Shown: positions 54,293 through 64,000 of the stretch, piece by piece
How the letters are laid out: each line of letters begins with the position of its first letter
How positions within the stretch are numbered: the first letter of the stretch is position 1
Assembly (NCBI RefSeq): GCF_048593235.1
Contig: NC_133618.1
Coordinates: forward strand, 494,469,675 to 494,533,674
Origin: Sminthopsis crassicaudata
Lineage: Eukaryota
Direction of reading: 5' to 3'
Length of the DNA: 64,000 nt
Notes under the pieces: model-generated
What the model was told of the DNA's origin: nothing
Database searches by the model: none
What the model saw: the letters and a program-made list of their open reading frames with translations, nothing else
Program-made: the position numbers and the translations under genes

Positions 54293-54780
54293 TCATGCTA
54301 CTATACAATGAGATTGAAGCCTGTCGGGAGCCCGGGCACAGCATCCCCGAGGACTCCTCCCAGCTGAGCTCTCAGGGCTGTGTTCTAATGCTTCAGGATC
54401 TCCCACTGTGGCCTCCACACTCCACACAGGTACATTGACCTTGGTCTCCATCTCCAAAAGCATCTCTTCCAGGCGTTGCCCCCATTGGGCCAGTTCTTCA
54501 GGCAGCTCCCCAGCTCTTTCAGAGGTCCTTCCACTGGGCCGTCTCAGACTCCAGCCCTTGGGCCCAAAGGATATAACCCCAGTATTAACCAACTGGGTCC
54601 CAGAGGCTGGAGATGGCAGGGGGAAAATCTGGCTGAGGTCATGGGCCCGACCCAGATCCTGCAGGAAAATTTCCAGGGCAGACAAACAGAGCACCCAGAT
54701 TCGCTCCAGCTCCATTTTCACCTCTTCCTCCTGTCTGCCCCCTGGATCTGTGAGTTCGGCCAGAAGCTGGTTCCGAAGGC
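54293..54780 (-). CDS. RGS9BP (R9AP)-like protein, exon 2 (C-terminal 162 aa, ends in CaaX)
   Basis: Polypyrimidine tract plus caacag acceptor. Open frame GLRNQLLAEL...ELERIWVLCLSALEIFLQDLGRAHDLSQIFPL...QLVNTGV...EEMLLEMETKVNVPVWSVEA...GCCARAPDRLQSHCIVA*. Recalled human R9AP segments: [26 protein letters not shown]...FPL...LVRTGV and EMIDNMEMKVNVPRWTVQA. Confidence 0.85.
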
Positions 54781-55079
54781 CTGTTGGGGGGGGAGGGAAA
54801 GAGAAGGCAAAGAACAGGGGCAGCCACAGGGGATAACAAACGGGGCATTAGATCTCAGTGGCCACAGTGAGAATTTTAAGAGCTCCGGCCTCACTTTGAT
54901 AGATTGAAATAATTCCTAAGGTCCTAGGATCTAGAGAACGGCTAGCAAGTGTGACAGGTATCCTTAGAGGGCCATTTGGCCCACCTCCCTTTACAGAAAG
55001 GAATGCCAGGCAATAAAACAGAAGCAGAATTCGAACTCCGCGTCTGCTCCAAAGGCAGTGCTCTTCCCACTCCGCCGCT

Positions 55080-55620
55080 TGGAAGCCCCCGGCCCTCCCA
55101 CACCTAGCGGACTCCTGCCCCTTCCTTAAGCACCGCCTCCCGCTCCTCCGTCCCCCTTCCCCCTCCCCTCGGTACCCTGTCTGCTCACCCAGACTCAACT
55201 CGAGGCCCCGGCGGCCGCTCTCCTCCAGAGCCCGGCGCAGCCTCCTCCCGTCGGCCGAGCTGCCCACTCCCAGCACCAACTGCCTGTAGCTGGCAGTGAA
55301 CCTGTTGAGCGCTTCGTACGCCGCCCGGCACTCGGCCACAGCCTCCCGGGATTCCCGGGCCTTCTCCCCTGGCCCCGCGCTCCGCATGCCTCCCTCGGTT
55401 TTGGCAATCTCGGCCTTGGCCGCAGCCTGGAGTAGCAAAGCTCGGGCTCTTTCTCTTTCAGCCTCCGCCCTTGCCAGCGGCCAACCCCCTCCCCACCCCT
55501 CCGGGACCCGGAGAAGGCGGAGACAGCCCGAAAGCTCCGGCCCACCAGCTCCCTCTACGCTGCGTGGTCCGACTAGCCTGCGGTTTCCACCTTCCCGCTA
55601 ACCTAGCCCTCTCGGGTTTG
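55080..55620. promoter_or_regulatory. CpG island over the 5' end of the RGS9BP-like gene
   Basis: Locally dense CpG covering exon 1 and about 230 bp upstream. Confidence 0.65.
55189..55387 (-). CDS. RGS9BP (R9AP)-like protein, exon 1
   Basis: First in-frame ATG at 55387, inside a CpG island. MRSAGPGEKARESREAVAECRAAYEALNRFTASYRQLVLGVGSSADGRRLRRALEESGRRGLELSL, then a G|GTGAG donor (phase 1, in frame with exon 2). Recalled R9AP: [36 protein letters not shown]. Confidence 0.85.
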
Positions 55621-56305
55621 ATCCTCGCCTCTCACACCAACTGTATGGCCACTAGCGAAGCACAGACATAGCCCTCCCCCCTTCCTCAGTCTGAACCAGA
55701 CTGCCCTCCAAGCTCCTATAGATAATAGATTATCTCGGTCTTATATGAAGACTTTAAAGATGAAGAGAGCCCCGGATCTGAAATGGCCCATTCCACTTTG
55801 GAATGCCCAAGGTCAGACTTTGAGATAGCTTTAATCATTAAGGATTTTTCCCCTCACCCCAAACCTAAATTGCAGTACTAACATTTATATTTAGAAACAA
55901 AGCTTTTAGGGTTTGCAAAGGACTTTACATTATCCTCACAACAACCTTGTGACTTGGGCTAACGCCCCTTTTGCTATGAACAAATCAGAAAAAAATTGTC
56001 ACAGGCCCCAGTGTTGTCTACATCTAGGTGATGGAGCAGCTCAGACCCTGAGGCCCAGTCCATTTGAGTTTTTGTTTTTTTCCTTTATTAGTGACATTTA
56101 CACATTCCTGGCCCAGAAAAAGGAGAGGGGGGGGAGGGAGAAGAGGGGGAATATTACAATTAGGGAGGGACAGGGCAGCAGAGGGCAAGAGAACAAGGTG
56201 ACAGTCCTGGATGGTCTTGGGGATAGGAACCAGTTGAATTTCTGAGTGAACCCTTGGGTGTGAAGAGTAGGGTGGGACAATACAAGACTGAGCTGTGCTG
56301 GATTC

Positions 56306-56783
56306 TTACTGCACACCCTCCATCATCTTCAGGAACTCTGCAAGGACGGAGAGAGGAGAGGAATCAGAAAAGAGATAGGGAGGAGGTGGGGACCACATCT
56401 GGACCCCGTCCCACATAGGCCTGGCTTACTCAAGTTTATTGATACATGCAATTAAGACCTGGAAAGGAATTCAGAGACCGAGGACTTAAGTCCTTCAGTT
56501 GATAGAAAAACTAAATGACTTGCCAACTTAGGGTGCTTAGCTAGTAAGTGGCAGTGCCCAGCTCAGGTTCACATTAGCTTCAGATACCTTGACACAACAC
56601 TGGCACTCATTTCTAGACTGGAAGCTCCTTGGAAGAGGGACAAGATTATTTTCATCTTTACATCTCTGCACCAGGACAAAGTCCCACATCTGCTTTAGTG
56701 TTTAGTGAAAAGGGTTGTTTATAAATGTTACAGTATATCACATCTGGAAGGGACCTTAGAAATAAAGTCAAACTTCTCATTTT

Positions 56784-56819
<36 letters not shown>

Positions 56820-59800
56820 CTCAAGAAAAAAAAAAAAAAAAAGACTCATCCAAAGCCATATAGCAAGGTGGGAGGCTGAACTAGGATCGGTAGGCTCTGA
56901 GAGCTCCCCATCCCTTGCCGAGACTCCTCGAAAAGCCCCTTCCCACAGAACGTGACTATTCATGCACCCCTCCCCGACTACTCCTCTTCCCCTGGGCCCG
57001 CCCACTTCCAGCGGCAACCTCGGCGCTTACCGTCAAAGTCAATTCGTCCGTCATTGTTCTTGTCTCCATCCTTCATTAAGGACTCAATCTCTTCGTCAGT
57101 CACGTGCTCTCCTGAAGCCCGGAAGATCTCCACTAGCTCTTCAGCATCAATATAGCCATCAGCATTCCTGGGGAGTGGGGGGAGGGGAAGGGAAGAGACC
57201 AGACACTTTTCAGGGAGCCCCTCAGGAGGAGACTGCTCCACAAAGGCGCTGCAATGAATCTGAGGAACCAGTGGGGAGAGGGTCCTTACAGATCCTTTAG
57301 TTCACCCGCCTCAAGGCCGGAGACCAGGGCCCAAGCATGGGGCCCAATGGGGCTTCTCCCTGTCCCCTTGCCACTCCCATACACATAAAGCTTCCCCAGC
57401 TCCCCCAGGTGAGTCCGAACTCCCACGTTCCTGGGGCAGCACATCTCCCCCCACCTCACCCTACCCCCGCCCTGACTGACACCTTCCCGGGGAATCGGCC
57501 CAGCGGGCACCAGTTCGGACCTGTCAAAGATACGGAAACACTCGGCCAGCTCTTCCTCACTCTTTCCCTTCGCATCCTCTTTCATCTGCCGCACCATCAT
57601 GACCAAGAACTCTTCAAAGTCGATGGTGCCGCTGCCTAGGAGGGAGAGGTAGCCTTAAAGGCCCTGTCCAGATGTGGCTGCCCTCCCCTCCCAGCTGGCC
57701 GCAACCCCCAGCTCACCATCTTCATCCACCTCCTCTATGATGGCGTCCAACTCCTCCTTGGTGGGGGTCTGGCCCAGCATCCGCATCACTGTGCCCAACT
57801 CCTTGGTGCTGATGTCACCACCGCCATCAGCATCAAACATGTCGAAGGCGGCTTTGAACTCTGAGAGGGAGGCCCCAGGAATGAAAAGGGTGACCTGCTA
57901 AGAGCCCTAAGTCCACTCCCCTGCCCCTGCCCACAAAAAATACATACTCACCAGCGATCATTTCCTCGCTGAGGAAGGACCGGGCTTCTGCCTGCTGGTC
58001 CGTCTGCAACACACAAGAGAAAGTCAGGGACCAGGTCTCGGGGAAGGAGAAGGGAAAGAGAGAAGGGGAAAGGGGACCTCCAGGAGGGGGCTAAGCTGGA
58101 GAGAGCCAAGCGCTCCCCTGCTGTTAAAGAGCGGTTCAGTTCTGTTTTACTACTCACATGATCTTGGACAGGTCATTCGTTCACTTTCAGGGTCCCTATT
58201 TCCCTATCAGTAAAATGAGGAGATTGATCCAGAAAGTCTCTAAGGTTCNNNNNNNNNNNNNNNNNNNNNNNNNNNNNNNNNNNNNNNNNNNNNNNNNNNN
58301 NNNNNNNNNNNNNNNNNNNNNNNNNNNNNNNNNNNNNNNNNNNNNNNNNNNNNNNNNNNNNNNNNNNNNNNNNNNNNNNNNNNNNNNNNNNNNNNNNNNN
58401 NNNNNNNNNNNNNNNNNNNNNNNNNNNNNNNNNNNNNNNNNNNNNNNNNNNNNNNNNNNNNNNNNNNNNNNNNNNNNNNNNNNNNNNNNNNNNNNNNNNN
58501 NNNNNNNNNNNNNNNNNNNNNNNNNNNNNNNNNNNNNNNNNNNNNNNNNNNNNNNNNNNNNNNNNNNNNNNNNNNNNNNNNNNNNNNNNNNNNNNNNNNN
58601 NNNNNNNNNNNNNNNNNNNNNNNNNNNNNNNNNNNNNNNNNNNNNNNNNNNNNNNNNNNNNNNNNNNNNNNNNNNNNNNNNNNNNNNNNNNNNNNNNNNN
58701 NNNNNNNNNNNNNNNNNNNNNNNNNNNNNNNNNNNNNNNNNNNNNNNNNNNNNNNNNNNNNNNNNNNNNNNNNNNNNNNNNNNNNGCCAATCTTTTGATG
58801 ATAAATTTCTTCTTAGTAGTTAGACCAAGTCTTTGGACAACAGATATACAATCACTCTCTAGACTCAAACTCTTCTTGATTAGGTAGCATTTGATATGTT
58901 GTTCTGCCGTGTCTTTAAAGTTCATGGAGTAGAGAATCTGTATAAAAATTCACCACCACTCCCACTCCCCCAAGACTAATGCCATTTAAAGACTAAGACA
59001 ACTTAGTTGAGGAAAGGGTACATAGAGTATTATCATGGGGCCATCCTTATTCCTTAACAAAGCAAACAATAGAAAGAGAACTAACTGATGGTCTTATCCC
59101 TACTACTCCTCATTCATCAGGCTGAAGGCCCTCCATAGAGGACAGTGTAGATTAGAACTGATAGCTACCAACTATTGGACAGAATATCAGAGATGAAAGG
59201 ACCCTTAGAGATCATTTGATCCAACTCCCTTATTTTATTGAAGAGAAAACTGAGGACCTGAGGGGATTAAGTGATTTGAACAAAGTCATAGAGAAGTGTA
59301 TGGAAGAGTTGGAATTTGACCCAGGACTTTGGACATCAGTACACCATTGACTACGCCATCTTGCTTTAGTGGCGTATATATAACTGCTTACAATTCTTAA
59401 CATTTCTGAGCCTCAGATTTCCTTTGCCAAATAGGGGTGATCCCATATCCCTGCCAGGTTTTGTGAGGTAGTGTAATACAGTGGGGAAAGTCCCAGGTTA
59501 TAGAGCACCAGCCTTGAATTCAGGAGGACCAAAGTTCAAATCTGGTCTCAGACACTTAACACTTCCTAGCTGAGTGACCCTGGGCAAGTCACTTAATCCC
59601 AGCCTCAGGGAAAAAAAAAGAAAGAAAGAAAGAAAGTCCCAGGTTAACTGTGTCCAGACTTCTCCCAGTCCCATAGTCTGGAGTCTGGAGTCCAGTCTGG
59701 AGAAGTCTGGAGACATCTGACCTGGGACTTTCCACACTGGACTACACTGACATTGACTTCATGTGGTACTGTAACAGGCAAGTTAAGTAACTCTGACCTT

Positions 59801-61152
59801 AGTTCCTTCATCTGTAAAAATGAAGGAAATGAACTAGATGATCTTCAAAGTCCTTTCTGGCTCTAGGAATTTTAAAGTATATTCCTCTTGCTTATGAAAG
59901 GGATTTGAAAAGTCTAACCTTAAGGCCCAAAGCTAGAATCTCCATGGGCTCCTTTCCAGCGTGAGAGAACATAGGACCTCTTCCCGTTTCTCCACATCCC
60001 CTCCCCCCTGCCATGTCCCACCTCAGGCCAGAAGATTTGGCTATTCTTAGGCTGAGGCTGTGAGAACAGCTGGACCCAGGCTCTAGTTACTTCTCAAAGA
60101 AGGAATAGCAGGACAGGAAGGGAGGGGCTAAAAGTGGGGATGGGGGTGGAGATATTGAAAACTAAAGAACGCCTCCTTCACGGACTTGTAGAGTATAAAA
60201 CTGAACTAAACCTTAAAGACTAATTGAGCCCACTACTTTAGTCCCCTGTTTTGTAGATTAGGGGGAAATAGAATAATAAGAATAAGCAATGATGAAATTT
60301 GATCCCAGTGCCCTTCATCCAAGTCTGGTACTCTTTTCGCCCTTTGATACCCCAGAACTCCTGTCCAAAGGTCAGAGAAGGCCCTCTGGCTCTGGCTCCT
60401 TCTTCCTATTCCTTGGCAGTCTCTCTGCTCTCTAGCTTCAGTTGTAAGATGACCCAAAGTCTTTGGGATTCTTTGAATAAAAATAGTAAAAGCTAGATAG
60501 GGAGGCAATTGGGGCAGAGAGACTCCATGCTGCCTGATGCCCCAAAAAGGTAGAAGATGGGAGATGGCAGATGCTCTAAGTCCTAGGTCTCCAGGATCCT
60601 CTCTTTTCTGTGGTCAAAGGAGACCACTAACCCCTCATTCCAAGAAAACTTCCAGAGAAAGAATCACGGGAAGTGACTCATGTTGTAGATGCCAAAGCTG
60701 GAGGATGAACTTCTATCCCTCATTTCCAATTCCAACACTTCTCATCACACTATCCTGTTTCTTTGTTGGAGAAGTGAGAGTGGAGGACATTTTGAAGAAA
60801 TTGCTCCTTCTCTCTGGATGACCATATTCCTAATGACTTCACTAATCCTTAAGGCTTAGAGCTAAAAATGACCTTAGACATATTTCTCATTTTGCAATTG
60901 AAGAAAGGTTAAATGACTTGGGTTGGGGAAGAAGGGTTAGAGGCATAGTTGAGTCAAGACTTGTACCCGGGATTCTAAATCTGTGCTTTCCTCTCCCTCA
61001 TCCTCTCACATCTGGGCCAGCAGCCTTGAGTTGCCTGGACTTCCTGGCCTCTTGTGGGGACATGTTTTCCCAAAGTTCAAGGAGAAGGGGATGAGGTTTG
61101 GTTCTCTCCTCAGGAGGGTGATAGGGGTTGGGAAGAGAGGCCCACTTACCAT
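56306..61152 (-). CDS. TNNC2: Troponin C, fast skeletal muscle, 6 exons, 160 aa
   Basis: Minus-strand exons 61150-61152 (ATG), 57952-58003, 57717-57860, 57521-57635, 57031-57167, 56306-56337, total 483 nt. [35 protein letters not shown]...[10 protein letters not shown], with four EF-hands. Minus-strand AATAAA at 56084-56089. Confidence 0.98.
58249..58785. other. Assembly gap (537 N) in TNNC2 intron 1
   Basis: Run of N. Confidence 1.
59479..59739. repeat. Palindromic MITE-like element interrupted by a SINE
   Basis: 22-bp inverted arms at 59479-59500 and 59718-59739, plus inner inverted repeats ccagacttctcc / ggagaagtctgg. Confidence 0.65.
59501..59631 (+). mobile_element. 5'-truncated marsupial SINE
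   Basis: SINE body with an A/(GAAA)n tail and a 15-bp TSD gaaagtcccaggtta (59486-59500 and 59632-59646). Confidence 0.9.
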
Positions 61153-61243
61153 GGTGACTGGTCACGAACACTGCCCCACTGCTGCTCAGTCCAAATGCCT
61201 CTGCACTCCACACCCAAAGGCTCACTACAACCTCAGTCCCCAA

Positions 61244-61251
61244 TATTTGTA
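61244..61251 (-). promoter_or_regulatory. Atypical TATA-like box (TACAAATA) of TNNC2
   Basis: About 95 bp upstream of the exon-1 ATG, which leaves room for a short 5' UTR. Confidence 0.55.
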
Positions 61252-62989
61252 GGGGCTCCTGCTTTTCTTCCCTCCCCCACTCCCTGGGATTGGACACTCT
61301 TGTACCCCCGCCTTCACCAATCCAATTAGCTTCCAGAGTTTAGTTGCACCCACCCCTCCCCAAGACTGATCCCATTACCTAATTTAGCCAAGGCTCCCTG
61401 GGTAAACTTAAACCTTCAAGCAGGTGCCTGTCTTGATGTTCCAAGACCCTTATGGGGAGGTCCCACCCCTCCTCCTACTCCAAGAGTCTTTTCACTGGAC
61501 CCTTGATCTGTTCTAAGCTGGGCCATAACAAGCAATGAGAAGAATGACTGTGGCTAGATAGGAATAAAGCAGTGACATAAAGAATTTTGTCTTAGAGAGA
61601 GAAAGAAGAAGACACTAGAAGTAAGGGATCCCTCTCTTTTGCCTGAATATGTCTGTTGTTGGTTTCCTGGACACTAGTAATGGCTGGTAGATTTTAAGGA
61701 GGATTTGGGGAGGGAGAGTGATAGAGATAAAAGCTAACTTCAGCACATCATAAATGGAAAGCACTACAAAGAACAGACAAAACTGAAGCCCCAAAAGGGG
61801 AGATCTCCTCTTCTCCCAGATCACACTGTGCTATGGGAGCCGGAGAGCAGCCCTAACAATTTCACGATCATCCCCACACCGTCATAGGAGACTGGAACAT
61901 AACAAGCCTCTGATTTGAGAAAACGTGTCCCCACCCAAACTGGGAACAAGACAACTGGAGAGAAAAATGAAGAGGGTTAAGAGAGCCCCATACAGCAGCT
62001 GATCAGAGGGTAAGGGGAGATGGGGGTGGGGAAGGGACCAGGGGATTCAAATGCCAAGGAGAGGGCAGGATGGACAGCAGCAAATGGCACCAGCTTCTTC
62101 CCCTATATATAGACATTCCCAAGAAAAGCATGAGCAGTCCAGCCAGACTAAATAAGGTATCAGCCAGGCTGGGGCATAGGAAAGGGGCCTGGGTAAGTTC
62201 TCTTGGAACCATTTACACCTTGGAAAAGCCAAGGCCCAGAAAAGATTTTAAAATTATCCACAAGGACAGTGGCAATGGTCCTGAGGCACAAAGACAATCC
62301 TCTCATTTTTGCATTCTTACAATGTTCCCTAGCTTATGTTGGGCTTTCCTCATAACAACCATATGAAACAGGTGGTTTAAGTATATATCCCCATTTTGTA
62401 GATGAGGAAACAGGCCCAGAGATATAAACAGCTTGCTTCTGGTCCCACAGCAAGCTAAGACCAGATCAGCTGACTTTAAGACCTGTTGTCATTGTTCAGA
62501 AGTTTTCTGTCTGTGACCCCATTTGATGTTTTCTTGGCAAAGATATTGGAAGTGTTTGCCATTTCCTTTTCCAGACCATTTTACAGATAAGAAAACTGAG
62601 GCAAACAGGGTTGACTTGCCCAAAATCACACAGCTAGGAAGTGTCTGAGACTAGACTCCAATTCTTCCTGACTTCAGGACTAATGTTCTATCTACTATGG
62701 ACACAGCTACCCAAGGAGCTGGATTCCAAGGCCAGTCCTCATTTATTCATTCAGTAGGTTATTTCTTGGATACTACTATATGCTCAGCCCAGTCTTGAAT
62801 GCTCAGCTGTTCTACAAGGAATGACAAAGTGTAAGATGTGCCCTATCTTTTCAGGGAGCTCACATTCTAGACTGAAAGAAAAACATATTAATGATGATGA
62901 GGATGACATCATAGTATCCTTGTAAAAACTGATATTTATGTATTTTTTTATGAATAGCAAAGTTTTAAAATTATCATTAAAAAAATTTA

Positions 62990-63350
62990 ATAATAGCTTT
63001 TTTTATTTTCAAAATACATTCAAAGAAAGTTTTCAACATTTATACTTGTAAAACCTCACAATACAAATTCTTCTCCTTCCTTTTCCCCTATCCCCCTCCT
63101 ATGGACGGCAAACAATCCAATATATGTTAAACATGTGAAATTCCTCCATATATATTTCCACATTTATCATGCTGCATAAGAAAAATCAGAACAAAAAGGG
63201 GAAAAAAGAAAAAAGAAAGCAAACAACAAAAAAAAAAGGTGAAAATACTATGTTGTGATCCATGTTCCATCCCCATAGTCCTTTCTTTGAATACAGATGA
63301 CTCTCTTCATCACAAATCTTTTGGAATTGGTCTGAATAACCTCATAATTC
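62990..63350 (-). mobile_element. LINE-1 3'-end fragment, reverse orientation
   Basis: Same family as about 37860-38230 (aatagctttt...ttttcaaaatacat...gaaaatactatgttgtg). Confidence 0.7.
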
Positions 63351-63759
63351 ATCATCTTATTTGATAAACAAGGCAGATACTATGGGTTTTATCATTTTTA
63401 TTTAAGAAATGAGAAAACTAAGACCCAAGGAGATAAGTACTAATCCCTGGTATTAATATCTCTCTTTACAAGCATCACATCTGATTTTTACCTGTGACAT
63501 AGCTACTACAGAATCTGTAACCTTTAATGTACAGATAAAGAAACACACAAATGGAGGGGTAAAATAACTTTCCCATGGTCATAAAGCAAGGATATGTTAA
63601 GGATCAGATTTGAATACAGGTCTTCCTGACTCCAAGCTTAGTATTTCAAATCCCACAAAGACAAGGGCAATGGTCCCGAAGCACAAAGACAATCATCATC
63701 AGTTTCCCATGAAATGACTTGTCACAAGTCACAAAACACTCATATTAAAAGACAATTTG

Positions 63760-64000
63760 GTGGTGGAGTTGTGAACTGATCCAACCATTCTGGAAAGCAT
63801 TTTGGAATTATCCCAAAAGGACAAGTTAATCACGAATGTCCTTGGATTCAGCAGTCTCACATCTGTATTTCAAAGAGATTATAAAAGAGGGAAAAGGATT
63901 CAAATGTGCAAAAATGTTTGTAGCAGCCCTTTTTATAGTGGCAAGGAACTGGAAATTGAGGGAATGACCATCAATTGGGGAATGGCTGAATAAGTTAAGG
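63760..64000 (+). mobile_element. Old LINE-1 ORF2 C-terminal fragment (runs off the window)
   Basis: ccaaccattctggaaagcattttggaattat...gtggcaaggaactggaaattgagggaatgaccatcaattggggaatggctgaataa. Confidence 0.75.

Noticed and set aside
54408-54907. Plus-strand ORFs of 142-143 aa
   Set aside because: Antisense shadows of RGS9BP-like exon 2, with no homology recognised.
58158-58925. Long ORFs 58158..58823 (+) and 58173..58925 (-)
   Set aside because: Artefacts of translating the N gap.
1-64000. CRISPR arrays, rRNA or prokaryotic systems
   Set aside because: The sequence is a spliced mammalian locus, and no repeat-spacer arrays or rRNA-like sequence are present.

Overview
Mammalian genomic DNA. 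The SINE and L1 types point to a marsupial, probably an Australian one (inference). Gene order matches human 20q13.12: degenerate WFDC (WAP-domain) exons on the minus strand, then DNTTIP1 (+, 13 coding exons, 329 aa), UBE2C (+, 6 exons, 180 aa) and TNNC2 (-, 6 exons, 160 aa). All three reading frames close with GT-AG junctions. The main surprise lies between UBE2C and TNNC2: an intact two-exon minus-strand gene (228 aa) related to RGS9BP/R9AP. It lacks the C-terminal transmembrane helix of R9AP and ends in a Cys-Cys pair plus a CaaX box (CIVA), so it is a candidate lipid-anchored third member of the R9AP/R7BP family of RGS membrane anchors. The window also holds a full-length pinin (PNN) processed pseudogene that appears to come from an exon-skipped mRNA, three solo LTRs with 6-bp target-site duplications (TSDs), L1/L2 fragments, many tRNA-derived SINEs, a palindromic element carrying two canonical NF-kB sites in TNNC2 intron 1, and a 537-N assembly gap. 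All homology calls rest on recalled protein sequences, not on database searches.
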